Assembly: GCA_018646625.1 (NCBI GenBank)
Contig: JABGUJ010000001.1
Coordinates: 131,534 to 195,533 of the forward strand
DNA from: Candidatus Woesearchaeota archaeon
GTDB lineage: Archaea > Nanobdellota > Nanobdellia > Woesearchaeales > JABGUJ01
Direction: 5' to 3'
Length of the DNA: 64,000 bases
The notes under the pieces are model-generated. The model did not search any database. It saw nothing but the letters and a program-made list of their open reading frames with translations, and was not told the DNA's origin. The translations under genes and the position numbers were made by a program. Below are positions 9,737 to 20,465 of the stretch, in pieces. Position 1 is the first letter of the stretch, and the number at the start of each line of letters is the position of its first letter.

Positions 9737-10960
9737 TTAAGAGAAAATTCCCTTAAAGAAACTAAAGATGCCGTCAAAACCAACCATACCTGTTATCAAG
9801 TTTCCAGAGGCTCTGACCTTCACAAACTTACCATTCTCAACAGTAAAAACATCGTATGGTTTTTCAACTTCTCCAAACAAGTCAAATTCAAAAGTACCTG
9901 ATACGCCCTTAAATTCGCCCATTGAATAAAGATAATCTTTTACAGCATCTGCACTCCCATCAGTATTCCCTAAAGCTTGAATCACAATATTTGCAACATC
10001 ATAAGACTCAGGAGTATACGCATTGTATTCCTTACCAAATTCTTCAAAGTATGAAGAAGCAAATTGTTCCAACTCAGGAGAATCAGGAACACCTGGAAGA
10101 ATTACAAAAAAATCTTGATCTAAACTTTCTACAAAAGGAATTATAGAATCATCCTTAGCACCATCCGCCGCATATATAGGAACATCCAATCCTAATTCCA
10201 TAGATTGCTTAATAATTATTCCAGCCTGCTTAGGAAACGACATCATGTACAAGACATCAGGTTTCATTGCTTTGATTTTAGAAAGTTGAGTTTTAAAGTC
10301 AGCACCATCAACATCAAAGTTCTCAGTTGCAACAATGTTACCTTCAAAAGAACTTTCAAAGGCATTCTTCAATCCAACACCCCAATCATTATTGATGTAA
10401 ATAACTGCAACCCTCTTAAACTCTTCCGCAGCAAACAAATCAGCAGTTTCTTTAGCTTGCCCATTATCTGACGGAACTACTCTGAAAACATAATCACCAG
10501 ATTCTTTGATACTGGGATTTGTAGCCGAAGGACTTATCATAACAACACCAACCTGTTCAGCCATAGGGGCCATCCCCAAAACTTCAGGAGAACAAGTTCC
10601 TCCAATAATAACTTCAACTTTATTTACATTCATCAACTTTTGTGCAGCATTAACTGCATCCTTAGAATTACATCTACCATCTTCATAGATAACATGCAAC
10701 ATTCTACCATTTATGCCGCCATTAACATTGAGATCATTAACAACCATCTCAACAGTCTCTTTCATTGGCACACCAATAGATGCAACATCTCCAGTTAATG
10801 GACCAACATAACCTATAGTAAATGCAGACAAGTCAGATGCCAAATTAATCTGAGAAGGTGCTTGCACTTGCGGTTCAACCGCTTGCTCTCTTTGCTCAAG
10901 AGTACAACCAGAAAACATTGTTAAAACTAAAATTGTAAGTAATACTAGAATCTTCTTCAT
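9737..10960 (-). CDS. LivJ/LivK-like branched-chain amino acid-binding lipoprotein
   Basis: Lipobox FSGC; IGYVGPLTGD, GGINGR, YEDGRC, ISPSAT, YVFRVVPSD, YDVANI. Confidence 0.9.
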   Translation of the reverse strand: MKKILVLLTILVLTMFSGCTLEQREQAVEPQVQAPSQINLASDLSAFTIGYVGPLTGDVASIGVPMKETVEMVVNDLNVNGGINGRMLHVIYEDGRCNSKDAVNAAQKLMNVNKVEVIIGGTCSPEVLGMAPMAEQVGVVMISPSATNPSIKESGDYVFRVVPSDNGQAKETADLFAAEEFKRVAVIYINNDWGVGLKNAFESSFEGNIVATENFDVDGADFKTQLSKIKAMKPDVLYMMSFPKQAGIIIKQSMELGLDVPIYAADGAKDDSIIPFVESLDQDFFVILPGVPDSPELEQFASSYFEEFGKEYNAYTPESYDVANIVIQALGNTDGSADAVKDYLYSMGEFKGVSGTFEFDLFGEVEKPYDVFTVENGKFVKVRASGNLITGMVGFDGIFSFFKGIFS

Positions 10961-11022
10961 AGAAATCCCTCTTTTTAAGTTCATAAATAAAAAGAAAGAA
11001 AGAGGGTATAAAAGATTTACCC

Positions 11023-12354
11023 CTAATATTCAGCTAAAACTTCAGGTCTTCCGTTATCATAACGAATAACTTGATAATCCCTATAAGGTTCCCTAGTTAC
11101 ATTATCAAACCACAGACCGCCCGTTACACCAGACCGTTGTCCCATGCCTAAAAGATAATCATGGATCCCATTAGCATCATATCCACCAGTCTCTATTGCC
11201 TCTAGCAAAATCATTGTAGTATCATACGCATTAGCCGTATAAAGTTCATGAGGAACATCAGTTACATTGTAATATGCTCTAACCTTCTTCCTAAACATAG
11301 CAGCTTTAACATCTGAAAGATCATAAGCCATTCTAGAAAAAGTCACAGACTCAATACCTACACCCATCTCTCGAATTACTTCAGGTGTGTTAAAGGAATC
11401 AGTTCCAAAAATGTTTTTCCTCACTCCTAATTGAGCTAACTGTTTAACCAACTTAGGACCTTCACCATGTTGAGCAATGAAAACCGAATCAGGATCTCTC
11501 TTTAATGATCTAAAGATTGCATCCTTAAAGAACTGCTCCCCAGGATCAAACGCTTCTGCAATAACGATATCGTTGCCTCTGCCTGCTAACTGCTTCTCAT
11601 AAACACTCTCAAATCTATCATAGAGATAGTTACCATAGTTAGCGTCTCCAACATAGAATACTGCAGGCTTATGCAAACCTAAAGAATCCATATACCTGGC
11701 CATGATTCCAGCACCATAACTATCAAAAGGATAAGTAGTAAACAAGTACTTGTTCATGAACCTTGTTCGAGGATTACTTACTGCAGGAGAAATAACTAGT
11801 GTCTGAGTAAGATTTGTTAAATCGTCTAGGATAAATAGAGACTGTGCACATACAGGTCCAATGATTGCAGGAACATTTCTCAATCCAACAAGTTCAGCAA
11901 AGTTATGTTTTGCAACATTGTAATCGCACTTTGTATCTTTATACACAGCAACCACAGTTTTGTTATTAACACCACCTTCAGCATTAACTTCATCTATTGC
12001 TAAGTTAATACCTCTAGCAATTGCGATACCAACTTTAGAAAACTCTCCAGATGTTGGCAACATAACACCAATAACGACATCTTCATTCTTTGTTCTATCA
12101 ATGTCAGCAATATCTATTATTTTTATTTCTCCATTGGGATACACAATCTCAAACATTGTTTGAGGTTCTTCGGGAGTTACATTTAGAGTGTCATTAGTTA
12201 ACGGTTCAGGATCTGCCTTAAACCAGTCCTTAAAACCAGAAAAATCAAATGTATTAGATAATATAAATCCAATAATTACAATTGCTACTAAAACAAAAAC
12301 AATTTGTTTCCATAAATTATTCTTCTTCGAAATTTTTATCTTCTTTCTTGCCAT
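11023..12354 (-). CDS. LivJ/LivK-like solute-binding protein, membrane-anchored
   Basis: N-terminal TM; IGVMLPTSG, GINLAIDEVNAEGGVN, IIGPVC, AYDTTMIL, GVTG. Confidence 0.88.
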   Translation of the reverse strand: MARKKIKISKKNNLWKQIVFVLVAIVIIGFILSNTFDFSGFKDWFKADPEPLTNDTLNVTPEEPQTMFEIVYPNGEIKIIDIADIDRTKNEDVVIGVMLPTSGEFSKVGIAIARGINLAIDEVNAEGGVNNKTVVAVYKDTKCDYNVAKHNFAELVGLRNVPAIIGPVCAQSLFILDDLTNLTQTLVISPAVSNPRTRFMNKYLFTTYPFDSYGAGIMARYMDSLGLHKPAVFYVGDANYGNYLYDRFESVYEKQLAGRGNDIVIAEAFDPGEQFFKDAIFRSLKRDPDSVFIAQHGEGPKLVKQLAQLGVRKNIFGTDSFNTPEVIREMGVGIESVTFSRMAYDLSDVKAAMFRKKVRAYYNVTDVPHELYTANAYDTTMILLEAIETGGYDANGIHDYLLGMGQRSGVTGGLWFDNVTREPYRDYQVIRYDNGRPEVLAEY

Positions 12355-12452
12355 ACATCTCACCTAGTAAATATCATACTTCTAATCCATCTCGATTTAT
12401 TTAAAAATATTGTGAAAGCTTTAAAAGCCTTTGAAACTAACCCCTAAATAGC

Positions 12453-13184
12453 ATGAAATACATGATATCGCTAATCACAATATTATTACTCCTAACAGTA
12501 GGATGTTCCGATTCATCCGAGTATATAATAGAGACACAAGACTCTAACTCCCAAATATCAATAAGCACGCCAAAGCAGCTAGATTTTCAGAAGATATCAC
12601 TTGAAACAGAAGATAGCATTAAAATAATTGCCAACTACTACGCACAATCAAAATCATCACCTTCTATTATTCTATTACACCAATTAGGAAAAGATAAATC
12701 CACATACAAATCATTATCTAAAAAATTATTTGACAAAGGATTTAATGTAATATCATTAGATCTTAGAGGTCACGGAGAAAGTGATGGCCAACTAACGGAT
12801 TTTTCCAATGACGATTTCAGAGCAATGATAAAAGATGTAAATGCCGCGTACAAAATGTTAACTGCAAGCGAAAATGCAAACATCGAAATATCTATTGTCG
12901 GTGCAAGTATCGGCGCCAACACAGCGCTAACATTCGCAGCACAGAATAGTATTTACAAAGTTGTGCTTCTCTCGCCAGGAACTGAGTATAGAGGAATAAA
13001 CATCGCAGATATTAATTATGAAAAACCATTACTAGTAGTGGCATCAAAAGAAGATATGTATTCATACGAATCATCTCAAACATTAAAAGGAATATTCATC
13101 GAACTAGAAGGATCTTCTCATGGAACAAACATGTTCAAAGATACAACATTAGAAGAAGACATTACTGAATGGTTAAGCAATTAA
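12453..13184 (+). CDS. alpha/beta hydrolase, putative lipoprotein
   Basis: Lipobox TVGC; LDLRGHGES; nucleophile elbow GASIG; C-terminal HGT. Confidence 0.88.
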   Translation: MKYMISLITILLLLTVGCSDSSEYIIETQDSNSQISISTPKQLDFQKISLETEDSIKIIANYYAQSKSSPSIILLHQLGKDKSTYKSLSKKLFDKGFNVISLDLRGHGESDGQLTDFSNDDFRAMIKDVNAAYKMLTASENANIEISIVGASIGANTALTFAAQNSIYKVVLLSPGTEYRGINIADINYEKPLLVVASKEDMYSYESSQTLKGIFIELEGSSHGTNMFKDTTLEEDITEWLSN

Positions 13185-13187
13185 TGC

Positions 13188-13346
13188 CTAACTCATTTCA
13201 AGCGGATTCTGCCAGAGTGTAACTGACTTTTCAACTCTCTTTGTGAAACTCATATCTGAGCCATTAATACTACTAACGCTGAAGCAATTCAACAAAACCC
13301 CTAGAATTAAATCTCGATTTTGATCAACCCGCTCTTTCATATCCAT
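13188..13346 (-). CDS. small hypothetical protein, 52 aa (MDMKERVDQNRDLILGVLLNC...WQNPLEMS)
   Basis: Translated by hand; RBS GAGGAG upstream; TTTATATA box at about 13432-13439 on the minus strand; fills the gap between the hydrolase and serS. Confidence 0.5.
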   Translation of the reverse strand: MDMKERVDQNRDLILGVLLNCFSVSSINGSDMSFTKRVEKSVTLWQNPLEMS

Positions 13347-13490
13347 ATCACACACTCTCCTCTAGTCAACTACAGAACTCGCCGAACCAATATACACAAA
13401 GGTATACTAAGGTAATATATATATTAGTAAGTATATAAATGTTACGAGCAACCCCTTTTATTTTCAATATAGAAATAAATACAAATTAAG

Positions 13491-13540
13491 AAAGGAATTT
13501 ATATAGAGAACACCTCCAATAGAGGAGGCAGGTGATTTAG
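13491..13540 (+). promoter_or_regulatory. archaeal promoter (purine-rich BRE + TATA TTTATATA) and RBS of serS
   Basis: AAAGGAA-TTTATATA at 13491-13505; AGGTGAT upstream of ATG 13541. Confidence 0.6.
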
Positions 13541-14809
13541 ATGCTTGATATAAGACTAATTAGAGATACACCGGAAATAGTAAAGAAAGACCTCCAGAAA
13601 AGAGAGGACAGCGAAAAACTTGCATGGGTTGACGAAGTTCTTGAGCTTGACAAACAATGGAGAGCTCTAAACGTAGACAAAGAAAAACTCAGAGCTAGCA
13701 GAAACGAAGTTAGTAAAGAGATTGCATCTCTTAAAAAAGAAGGGAAAGACGCATCCTCTAAGTTGAAAGAAGCATCAGAAATCCCTAAGAAGATTGAAGA
13801 AATAGAATCCAAACAAAATGCTCTCAAAGAAAAGATAGACTATTACCTAATGCGTCTACCAAATATTCTTCATGAATCTGTTCCAGTCGGTGCAGATGAT
13901 ACAGAAAATGAATCTGTAAAATTAGTTGGAGAAAAACCAACTTTCGACTTCACACCAAAAAGTCATGTAGATATTATTGAAGAACAGGATCTTGCAGATA
14001 CTTCTAGAGCAGGAAAGATTTCCGGAGCTCGCTTTTGGTTTTTGAAAGGATCACTAGCAATGCTAGATTTCGCACTACAAAAATACGCAATAGATTTTAT
14101 GTTTAAGAAAAAGTATACAATTGTACATCCTCCGTTCATGATGAACAGAGAATCCTATGAAGGTGTTACTGACTTAGGAGACTTTGAAGATGTAATGTAT
14201 AAGATTGAAGATGAAGATCTTTACTTAATCGCAACTAGCGAACACCCACTAACCGCAATGTACATGGGAGAAATCTTAGAAGCAGATAAACTTCCAATGA
14301 AAATGTGCGGAATTAGTTCTTGTTTCAGAAAAGAAGCTGGCGCCCACGGTAAAGATACAAAAGGAATCTTCAGAGGACATCAATTTAACAAGATCGAACA
14401 GATCATATTTTGTAAACCTGAAGAATCTTGGCACTATCACGAAGAACTCATGCAAAACGCATCTGAGTTCTTTGAAAGTCTAGGATTACATTTCAGAATC
14501 GTAAACATTTGCACAGGCGACATAGGAACTGTTGCTGCAAAGAAATACGACATCGAAGCATGGTACCCAGTACAAAATGCATACAGAGAAGTTGTCTCTT
14601 GTTCAAACTGTACAGACTACCAAGCGCGGAGATTAAAAATCCGTTTCAGGACATCCGAAGGAAACGTTATTGCACATACATTAAACTCTACATGTGTTGC
14701 AACATCTAGAGCTTTAGCAGCAATAATAGAAAACTTTCAAAACCCTGACGGCACAGTTAACATTCCAAAAGTCCTTCAACCGTACATGAATGGACTAACT
14801 AAGCTGTAA
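13541..14809 (+). CDS. serS: seryl-tRNA synthetase
   Basis: MLDIRLIR start, coiled-coil arm, LIATSEHP, FRKEAG...RGHQFNKIEQ, EVVSCSNCTDYQARRL, HTLNST. Confidence 0.98.
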   Translation: MLDIRLIRDTPEIVKKDLQKREDSEKLAWVDEVLELDKQWRALNVDKEKLRASRNEVSKEIASLKKEGKDASSKLKEASEIPKKIEEIESKQNALKEKIDYYLMRLPNILHESVPVGADDTENESVKLVGEKPTFDFTPKSHVDIIEEQDLADTSRAGKISGARFWFLKGSLAMLDFALQKYAIDFMFKKKYTIVHPPFMMNRESYEGVTDLGDFEDVMYKIEDEDLYLIATSEHPLTAMYMGEILEADKLPMKMCGISSCFRKEAGAHGKDTKGIFRGHQFNKIEQIIFCKPEESWHYHEELMQNASEFFESLGLHFRIVNICTGDIGTVAAKKYDIEAWYPVQNAYREVVSCSNCTDYQARRLKIRFRTSEGNVIAHTLNSTCVATSRALAAIIENFQNPDGTVNIPKVLQPYMNGLTKL

Positions 14810-14823
14810 AAAGAGGTGAACAT

Positions 14824-15213
14824 ATGGCTGATTTGCCATCAAAGATATTTTTCATCATAGGAGGAGTTATTACAGTCTTCTCCTTTTTGTATAATTTCTT
14901 CTTGAAAACTAATTCTCTAACTTTATTTGTAATTATTGGTGTTTTGTTCATAATTTACGGCGCAATAAAATATTTCTTTTTAGAAAAAAATGGAAGAGAA
15001 CAAAAAAAAAAAGTTGTGCATCAACATAATGTAAGACAACACGCACAAAAACAACAACTACATCATGCGCCTATGCGTCAACAACCACAACAGCACACTC
15101 AACACCACTACACTCGCGCAGATAATGTAATGTGTCCCAGATGTGGAACTAAAGTCGCGTCTTCCGCAAACTTTTGCCCTTCTTGTGGTTTTCGTCGAAG
15201 TCAACGTCATTAG
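14824..15213 (+). CDS. two-TM membrane protein with Gln/His-rich linker and C-terminal zinc ribbon
   Basis: Two hydrophobic helices; CPRCG...FCPSCG; RBS GAGGTGA. Confidence 0.8.
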   Translation: MADLPSKIFFIIGGVITVFSFLYNFFLKTNSLTLFVIIGVLFIIYGAIKYFFLEKNGREQKKKVVHQHNVRQHAQKQQLHHAPMRQQPQQHTQHHYTRADNVMCPRCGTKVASSANFCPSCGFRRSQRH

Positions 15214-16142
15214 TCTTCACCATAATGAGTAGCAACCGCGTTTGCTAAATTAGCATCTCCGCCAGCAATTATTTCTTTCATTCTTGTTGCTAACGCGCCA
15301 TGTTCTTCTAGTCCGTGAACTTTCTGCACAGTAACTGCTACATCGTGCTGCCTGTTATCCAATGATCTCATTACAGATCCAAACATGTATGCTTTATAGA
15401 ACTCACCAAGATCAGTATTAAGTCGATCCGCCCAAGCATTAGCATCATACGATCTAGAACCCTCTACCTCAATCTTAAGATAATCTCGAGAATTGTATAT
15501 GGTGCTAACTGAAAGTAAAGCACGCTCATTACTAACGGAATTAAACTCAGAGGGAAATTTAGAAACATCAACCCAAATTCCTTCAGTACGATCGCCAGAA
15601 GTTCTTTTATACCTCCCATTAGAATCTACAAGAGATAACGAAACCGCCAAACCTGAATCACGATCAAAAATATTGAAATCTGGACGTCTATTCTCATAAC
15701 CCCGTCTTGCAAGTTCATGTAAAAAATAATTTTTTAATCTACCATATCCTTCATCAGCAACATCTGTTGCAAATCCTACCAGGTCATCAAAAGTAACTTC
15801 GCCTTTAGGTTCAACAACTCCACTAACAACACCAGAGCGATCAAGTCTTGATTCAATTCCACCAACTCGCGTTTCAACTTTACCGGCTCGTTCACGTAAT
15901 TGTACCATATCAGCTTGGACCCAACCTCGACCTTCACCATTGGATTTCTTAAGTGCTGTTTCATTTGCAGCCACTCGCGTAGTCAATTTAGTAACAGAAA
16001 CCGCAACCACTTTAACTGCACCTGAAACATAATCTGCAAGACTTAATCGAGTCTCTTGACCGTCATCATCACTTTTAACTAATTCAGGAAATCTTCCTAC
16101 AACATACCTTCTGACATCTTCTAATTTTATAAATCCAAACAT
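15210..16142 (-). CDS. hypothetical protein with N-terminal coiled-coil (last gene of ORFan operon)
   Basis: 310-aa ORF with RBS GAGGT; heptad-like segment LRERAGKVETRVGGIESRLDR. Confidence 0.75.
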   Translation of the reverse strand: MFGFIKLEDVRRYVVGRFPELVKSDDDGQETRLSLADYVSGAVKVVAVSVTKLTTRVAANETALKKSNGEGRGWVQADMVQLRERAGKVETRVGGIESRLDRSGVVSGVVEPKGEVTFDDLVGFATDVADEGYGRLKNYFLHELARRGYENRRPDFNIFDRDSGLAVSLSLVDSNGRYKRTSGDRTEGIWVDVSKFPSEFNSVSNERALLSVSTIYNSRDYLKIEVEGSRSYDANAWADRLNTDLGEFYKAYMFGSVMRSLDNRQHDVAVTVQKVHGLEEHGALATRMKEIIAGGDANLANAVATHYGED

Positions 16143-16177
16143 TTTTCTAATTACCTCAATCTAATTCTTTTGACATT

Positions 16178-17305
16178 TTACTCAGAATCTCCAGACGTTT
16201 TATCATAAATTGGAGTCGCAACTCTTCCAGTATCGTATAATGGAACCACTTCTAATCTTCCTGTCGGAAAATGAGCAATAGCCACACCACATGCGGGAGG
16301 AAGATATCTTATTTCAACACCAGTAGGCGCTCTTGCAATCACAGTACCATCAGGTAGCAATGATTCATCAGGAGTAGCTTCTCTAGTTTCATACTCAGTA
16401 GCAAAAGAAACCTCACCCGCCGGACCTTGTTCAAGCATATCAGAAAGTTCTCCTCCAAGAACATGATCATACAAAACTTCACTTCCAAGACTTCGATCAA
16501 GTTCAACTAAAATTTGTTCAACAGCATCAGTATTCCCTTCATTAGCCATTCCATTATCTAACAATGATTGAAGAAACGCTCTAGAATAATCAGGACTAGC
16601 ACCACCATAAGTAGCTAAACAAACACCTTCAGCATAATCTCCTAACCCCCATTCAGAATCTAATTCTTGTCTTCCAGAAGACCAAAGACCTGCTTTAAAC
16701 TGCGAAGTTTCTCTAACAACAAGATTTCCAACAATTCTCCCTGTTTCATCGTCATAATGGACATCAGTAGCACCAACGTCACAGTTAGTTAAGTTTCTAC
16801 CAGATTGATACGCAAATTTTCCTAATAGATAAAATTTTTCAGACCTAATTCGACCTTCAGGTAAATCTTCAGTCCCACTACCAGAAGCAAAGTCTGCCAA
16901 TTTACCTTCTAAACTAGAAAACAAATCAGCTAAAACTCCACTCTTAGGAACATCAAGACGTTTTTCATCTACCACGTCCGCCAAATCTAGTTTGTAAATT
17001 CGAGTACCTCTATCATTAAAAATAGTAGTCGAATCTCTACCTTCATTCCTGCTAGCATCTAAAGTACTAATAGACCAAACTTCATCATGAACACTTCTAG
17101 GTCCCGGTTTAACACAAGTCAAACTAACAGAACCGGTTGTAATAACATCATCATTCAAAACAAGATCATCTGCTCTAGCAATATAAACCAAACCATCTGA
17201 TTCAATAACAGCAGTTAAAGGATCTACATCCATTTCTCTAACATACGAGTCAGCAACACCCTCAGGCACTGCAACTAATTCCCTTATAGCTTTTTCGTCA
17301 CTCAT
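16178..17305 (-). CDS. hypothetical protein, paralog family 1 (copy b)
   Basis: RBS GGTGA before ATG 17305; shares WS.ST.D, DLPE, G.LVVRET, EW.LGD, PDGTVI with 17307..18689. Confidence 0.8.
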   Translation of the reverse strand: MSDEKAIRELVAVPEGVADSYVREMDVDPLTAVIESDGLVYIARADDLVLNDDVITTGSVSLTCVKPGPRSVHDEVWSISTLDASRNEGRDSTTIFNDRGTRIYKLDLADVVDEKRLDVPKSGVLADLFSSLEGKLADFASGSGTEDLPEGRIRSEKFYLLGKFAYQSGRNLTNCDVGATDVHYDDETGRIVGNLVVRETSQFKAGLWSSGRQELDSEWGLGDYAEGVCLATYGGASPDYSRAFLQSLLDNGMANEGNTDAVEQILVELDRSLGSEVLYDHVLGGELSDMLEQGPAGEVSFATEYETREATPDESLLPDGTVIARAPTGVEIRYLPPACGVAIAHFPTGRLEVVPLYDTGRVATPIYDKTSGDSE

Positions 17306-17306
17306 T

Positions 17307-18689
17307 TTATTGTTCACCAAACATATCCATCACAGCCGTCTCACACTCAATCAAACGTTCTGCAATTGCACCATCATACTGTGCACTCGCGCTATCAACA
17401 GCACAAGAGCTAACCCTAGGTAAACGAGTACGGGCTCTAAAAATATCATCTGAACTTGCTCTTGCTCTAATAGAACCGTCCGCACCAGTCAACAAATAAT
17501 CTCCAGATTTAGGAAAAGTAACTTGTGTTGACCCATCAGGAAATTTTGCATGAGTGAAAGAATTCTCATCTCCGCTAATCACAGTACCATCAGGAAAACC
17601 AGCATAAATCTCTCCACACCTTACATGACAAGGCGCAACTGCTTCATACTCAACAGAATCATCAGCAACAGAAACATCATCAGCAGATGCAACAAGAGCA
17701 TCAACATCATAAACAGAATCCATCAACCCTTGTCTTTGAACTCTAAAAATTGTTTCTAAACCATACTGAACTTGTAAAGTTACATGATCAATACCAGGCA
17801 AGTTATCAGAAGAGACAAGACCCTTCTCATCCATAGCCGCATACAATGCACCTTGGTAATTAGTTGTAACTCCAGAAGCATTCGCTAAAGAAACATTCTT
17901 AACTCTATCTCCCAAGTCCCATTCTCTTACAGTTCTATCAACAGAAAAATCACCAAAACGACCATCTTTTACCGCTTCAGTTTCACGCACAACTAAATCA
18001 CCAACTAGCTGACCGTCATCATCAATATAAGCATCTCTTACAAGAACTTCACAATCTACGGTGGTTGTTCCAAGTAGGCCTTTTTGTTCATATTGGAAAG
18101 TTGATAGTCTAACATAAAGAGGATCAGTCATACCGGGAGTAACTCCCAATTCAACTTTTTCAGAAGGCAAAGGAGTAGCAACACGAGTTTGCAGTCCTAA
18201 AGTTCCAGCCTTAGGCGAATCATCATACGCAACACCAGTTTGAAACGTAGCAAGCTCTGCCTCAGGCAAATCATCATACGCTCGAGTATTCAAAAAAGCA
18301 TAAAGAGCATCTCCGAAGTTCGCTCTGATCTCTCTAACCAAATCTGCAGATACAAGTCTATTTTCATCACTTAATGCCTCAACTAAATCAAACATATACT
18401 TAGGTCCATTAGTTGAATCAAAAATAATGGGAACATCAGTTATACCGTCGGCAGTACTAACCGACCAAGCAACTCTTCCATCATCTTTAGTAACATAATC
18501 TAAAGTAACCACGCCTCTTAATTCTCGATTAACAAGAAATCTGTCGGGGTCAACAAGAGTCTCAGCTCTTATTCGTAATTGGTCACCCCAATCTAAATCT
18601 ACAACCGCCTCAAGAGAAGGTTCAACACCACCTTCAACAGGAACAAAAAGTTCTCCATTTAAACCTAACACGCTTTTATCAGCACTCAT
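17307..18689 (-). CDS. hypothetical protein, paralog family 1 (copy a)
   Basis: RBS GGAGG before ATG 18689; paralogous to 16178..17305. Confidence 0.8.
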   Translation of the reverse strand: MSADKSVLGLNGELFVPVEGGVEPSLEAVVDLDWGDQLRIRAETLVDPDRFLVNRELRGVVTLDYVTKDDGRVAWSVSTADGITDVPIIFDSTNGPKYMFDLVEALSDENRLVSADLVREIRANFGDALYAFLNTRAYDDLPEAELATFQTGVAYDDSPKAGTLGLQTRVATPLPSEKVELGVTPGMTDPLYVRLSTFQYEQKGLLGTTTVDCEVLVRDAYIDDDGQLVGDLVVRETEAVKDGRFGDFSVDRTVREWDLGDRVKNVSLANASGVTTNYQGALYAAMDEKGLVSSDNLPGIDHVTLQVQYGLETIFRVQRQGLMDSVYDVDALVASADDVSVADDSVEYEAVAPCHVRCGEIYAGFPDGTVISGDENSFTHAKFPDGSTQVTFPKSGDYLLTGADGSIRARASSDDIFRARTRLPRVSSCAVDSASAQYDGAIAERLIECETAVMDMFGEQ

Positions 18690-18690
18690 T

Positions 18691-19278
18691 TTATTTTCCT
18701 CCTTTTGACGCATCTCTACACGCCCTAACAAAACCATCATAAACACCCGCAACATAATCTATAATATCAGCATCTAAAGTCATACTCCCCATATCAAAAC
18801 CATCTCTAACTCTAGTTACAAATTCTTGAACCGCAGGATCTGCAGGTTCTGGTCCGGGCCAAGCACCATCAACCATATGAGACATAGCAAACATAGTAAG
18901 ACGTTGCACATCATAACCAACTGCATCCACATCTTGCACTTCTGAAAGTCTAACCAAATAATCTTCAAAAGGAACTCTCAGAGGTTCACCCTCAAAACGA
19001 ATCCTAGAAGGACCACTATGAATTCCAAAACGTTGATCATAAAAATCGAACAAAACCACACCACTTTCATAAGAAGTTACCGACCTAAGAGAAACATCTC
19101 CAGGAAAGTAATCAAAACCTAACATACCAGGACTTGGAGCTACAAAAGTTGTTTGCCCCAAAGCAGATTCGCCATTCCAGACTAAGAGATCATCATCATC
19201 ACCAGCGGGAAATAATCTAAATCTAATTCCGCATTCCAACATTGACTCTAATCCATCAGGTAAAACTATCTTACTCAT
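18691..19278 (-). CDS. hypothetical protein, paralog family 2 (copy c)
   Basis: LPDGLESMLECG; YLVRLSEV...YDVQRLTMFA shared with the 19782 and 20462 ORFs. Confidence 0.78.
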   Translation of the reverse strand: MSKIVLPDGLESMLECGIRFRLFPAGDDDDLLVWNGESALGQTTFVAPSPGMLGFDYFPGDVSLRSVTSYESGVVLFDFYDQRFGIHSGPSRIRFEGEPLRVPFEDYLVRLSEVQDVDAVGYDVQRLTMFAMSHMVDGAWPGPEPADPAVQEFVTRVRDGFDMGSMTLDADIIDYVAGVYDGFVRACRDASKGGK

Positions 19279-19775
19279 CTTCTTCCTCTCTTTATTTTAT
19301 AACTTACATGATCTGTCCTAGTTCCTGTCGGTCGTTTTTGTTGTTCAAACTCATTAAACATTGCCGCAGTAACTCTCGGACCTAAGTTCTCAGGATTAGC
19401 CAAAACAGCAGTAGTAATCATTTCAGCATACTCACTACAAAACTCACCACCAATTTCAGGACTGGCATCCACCATGGTATTTGTATGAACTTTAGAATAC
19501 CCTAACCTTCCAATAGAACCATCAGCATCACGATGATAAAAGCCAGTTTCATAAAGAACAGGTTCTTCACCTCTAAGATCCAAAACACTCACCACCAAAC
19601 CAGGCAATAAAGGACCAACCGGAGTACGCCTAACTACGTGCTCATTAAAACATGCAGCCACGCCCTCTTCTAATTCCAACTCAGAAACCAAACTATCGTG
19701 ATCACGACCGAACAAATAATTCCGCGCCACCTTACAATCATCAGTTCCTAAAAATTCATCAATTGTAACATCCAT
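19275..19775 (-). CDS. hypothetical protein
   Basis: 166-aa ORF; ATGA overlap with the downstream gene; RBS GAGGT. Confidence 0.72.
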   Translation of the reverse strand: MDVTIDEFLGTDDCKVARNYLFGRDHDSLVSELELEEGVAACFNEHVVRRTPVGPLLPGLVVSVLDLRGEEPVLYETGFYHRDADGSIGRLGYSKVHTNTMVDASPEIGGEFCSEYAEMITTAVLANPENLGPRVTAAMFNEFEQQKRPTGTRTDHVSYKIKRGRR

Positions 19776-19781
19776 TTTTTA

Positions 19782-20465
19782 TTATACCTCTTCACAATAT
19801 CTTCGAAAAACAACCTGTGCGCTACTAAAAGCATCATACGCTCGTCTAAGAGTTTCAGATCCATCAATCGCATCCACTAAACGATCCAAAGCAGCATCAG
19901 TTAAAGTCGCCTTAGCCGGATCCATACCATCTGTCAATCTGAAACCCAAAAGTTTCGATTCAAAAGTAGATGAAAAACCATCAGAAGCAGAATTCAAAAT
20001 GTGAAATCTAGCAAACGCGCCCAATTCACGCTTATTATAATCTAGTACCGAAGGTTTAACTTCACCAGACTCATGCACTTCTTGAACCCTTTCCAAATAC
20101 TTACCAAAACCCACTCTGGTTGGACTATGAAGATGAGCGGACTCATCAGGAGTCTCAGATACGACGAACGAACTATCATCATCAAACCGAAAAGCATGTT
20201 GACCAGGACCATATTCCCTTTTTTGAAGTTTTGCACCACGTGGAGAATACTGAACTTCCAGTCTTCCAGATGTTGGAGAAATAAAATAAGTTAGACCTGG
20301 AGCTTGATTCAATAAAAAAAGAGTAAAAGTACAATCAGGAGGATGGTCTTCACGATAGCCAGAAGGAATTAATTCAACACCATTAGCTAACAACTGTTCT
20401 AAAGGACCAAGGCCCAATCTAAGAGGATAATGGTTTTTTCTATATGTTCTGTCTTCATCACTCAT
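19782..20465 (-). CDS. hypothetical protein, paralog family 2 (copy b)
   Basis: LGPLEQLLANGVEL; YLERVQEV...YNKRELGAFA; LRRAYDAF. Confidence 0.78.
   Translation of the reverse strand: MSDEDRTYRKNHYPLRLGLGPLEQLLANGVELIPSGYREDHPPDCTFTLFLLNQAPGLTYFISPTSGRLEVQYSPRGAKLQKREYGPGQHAFRFDDDSSFVVSETPDESAHLHSPTRVGFGKYLERVQEVHESGEVKPSVLDYNKRELGAFARFHILNSASDGFSSTFESKLLGFRLTDGMDPAKATLTDAALDRLVDAIDGSETLRRAYDAFSSAQVVFRRYCEEV

Noticed and set aside
13511..13534. CACCTCC/GGAGG...AGGTG hairpin that could hide the serS RBS
   Set aside because: The TATA position puts the transcription start near 13525-13530, so the 5' arm is probably not transcribed.
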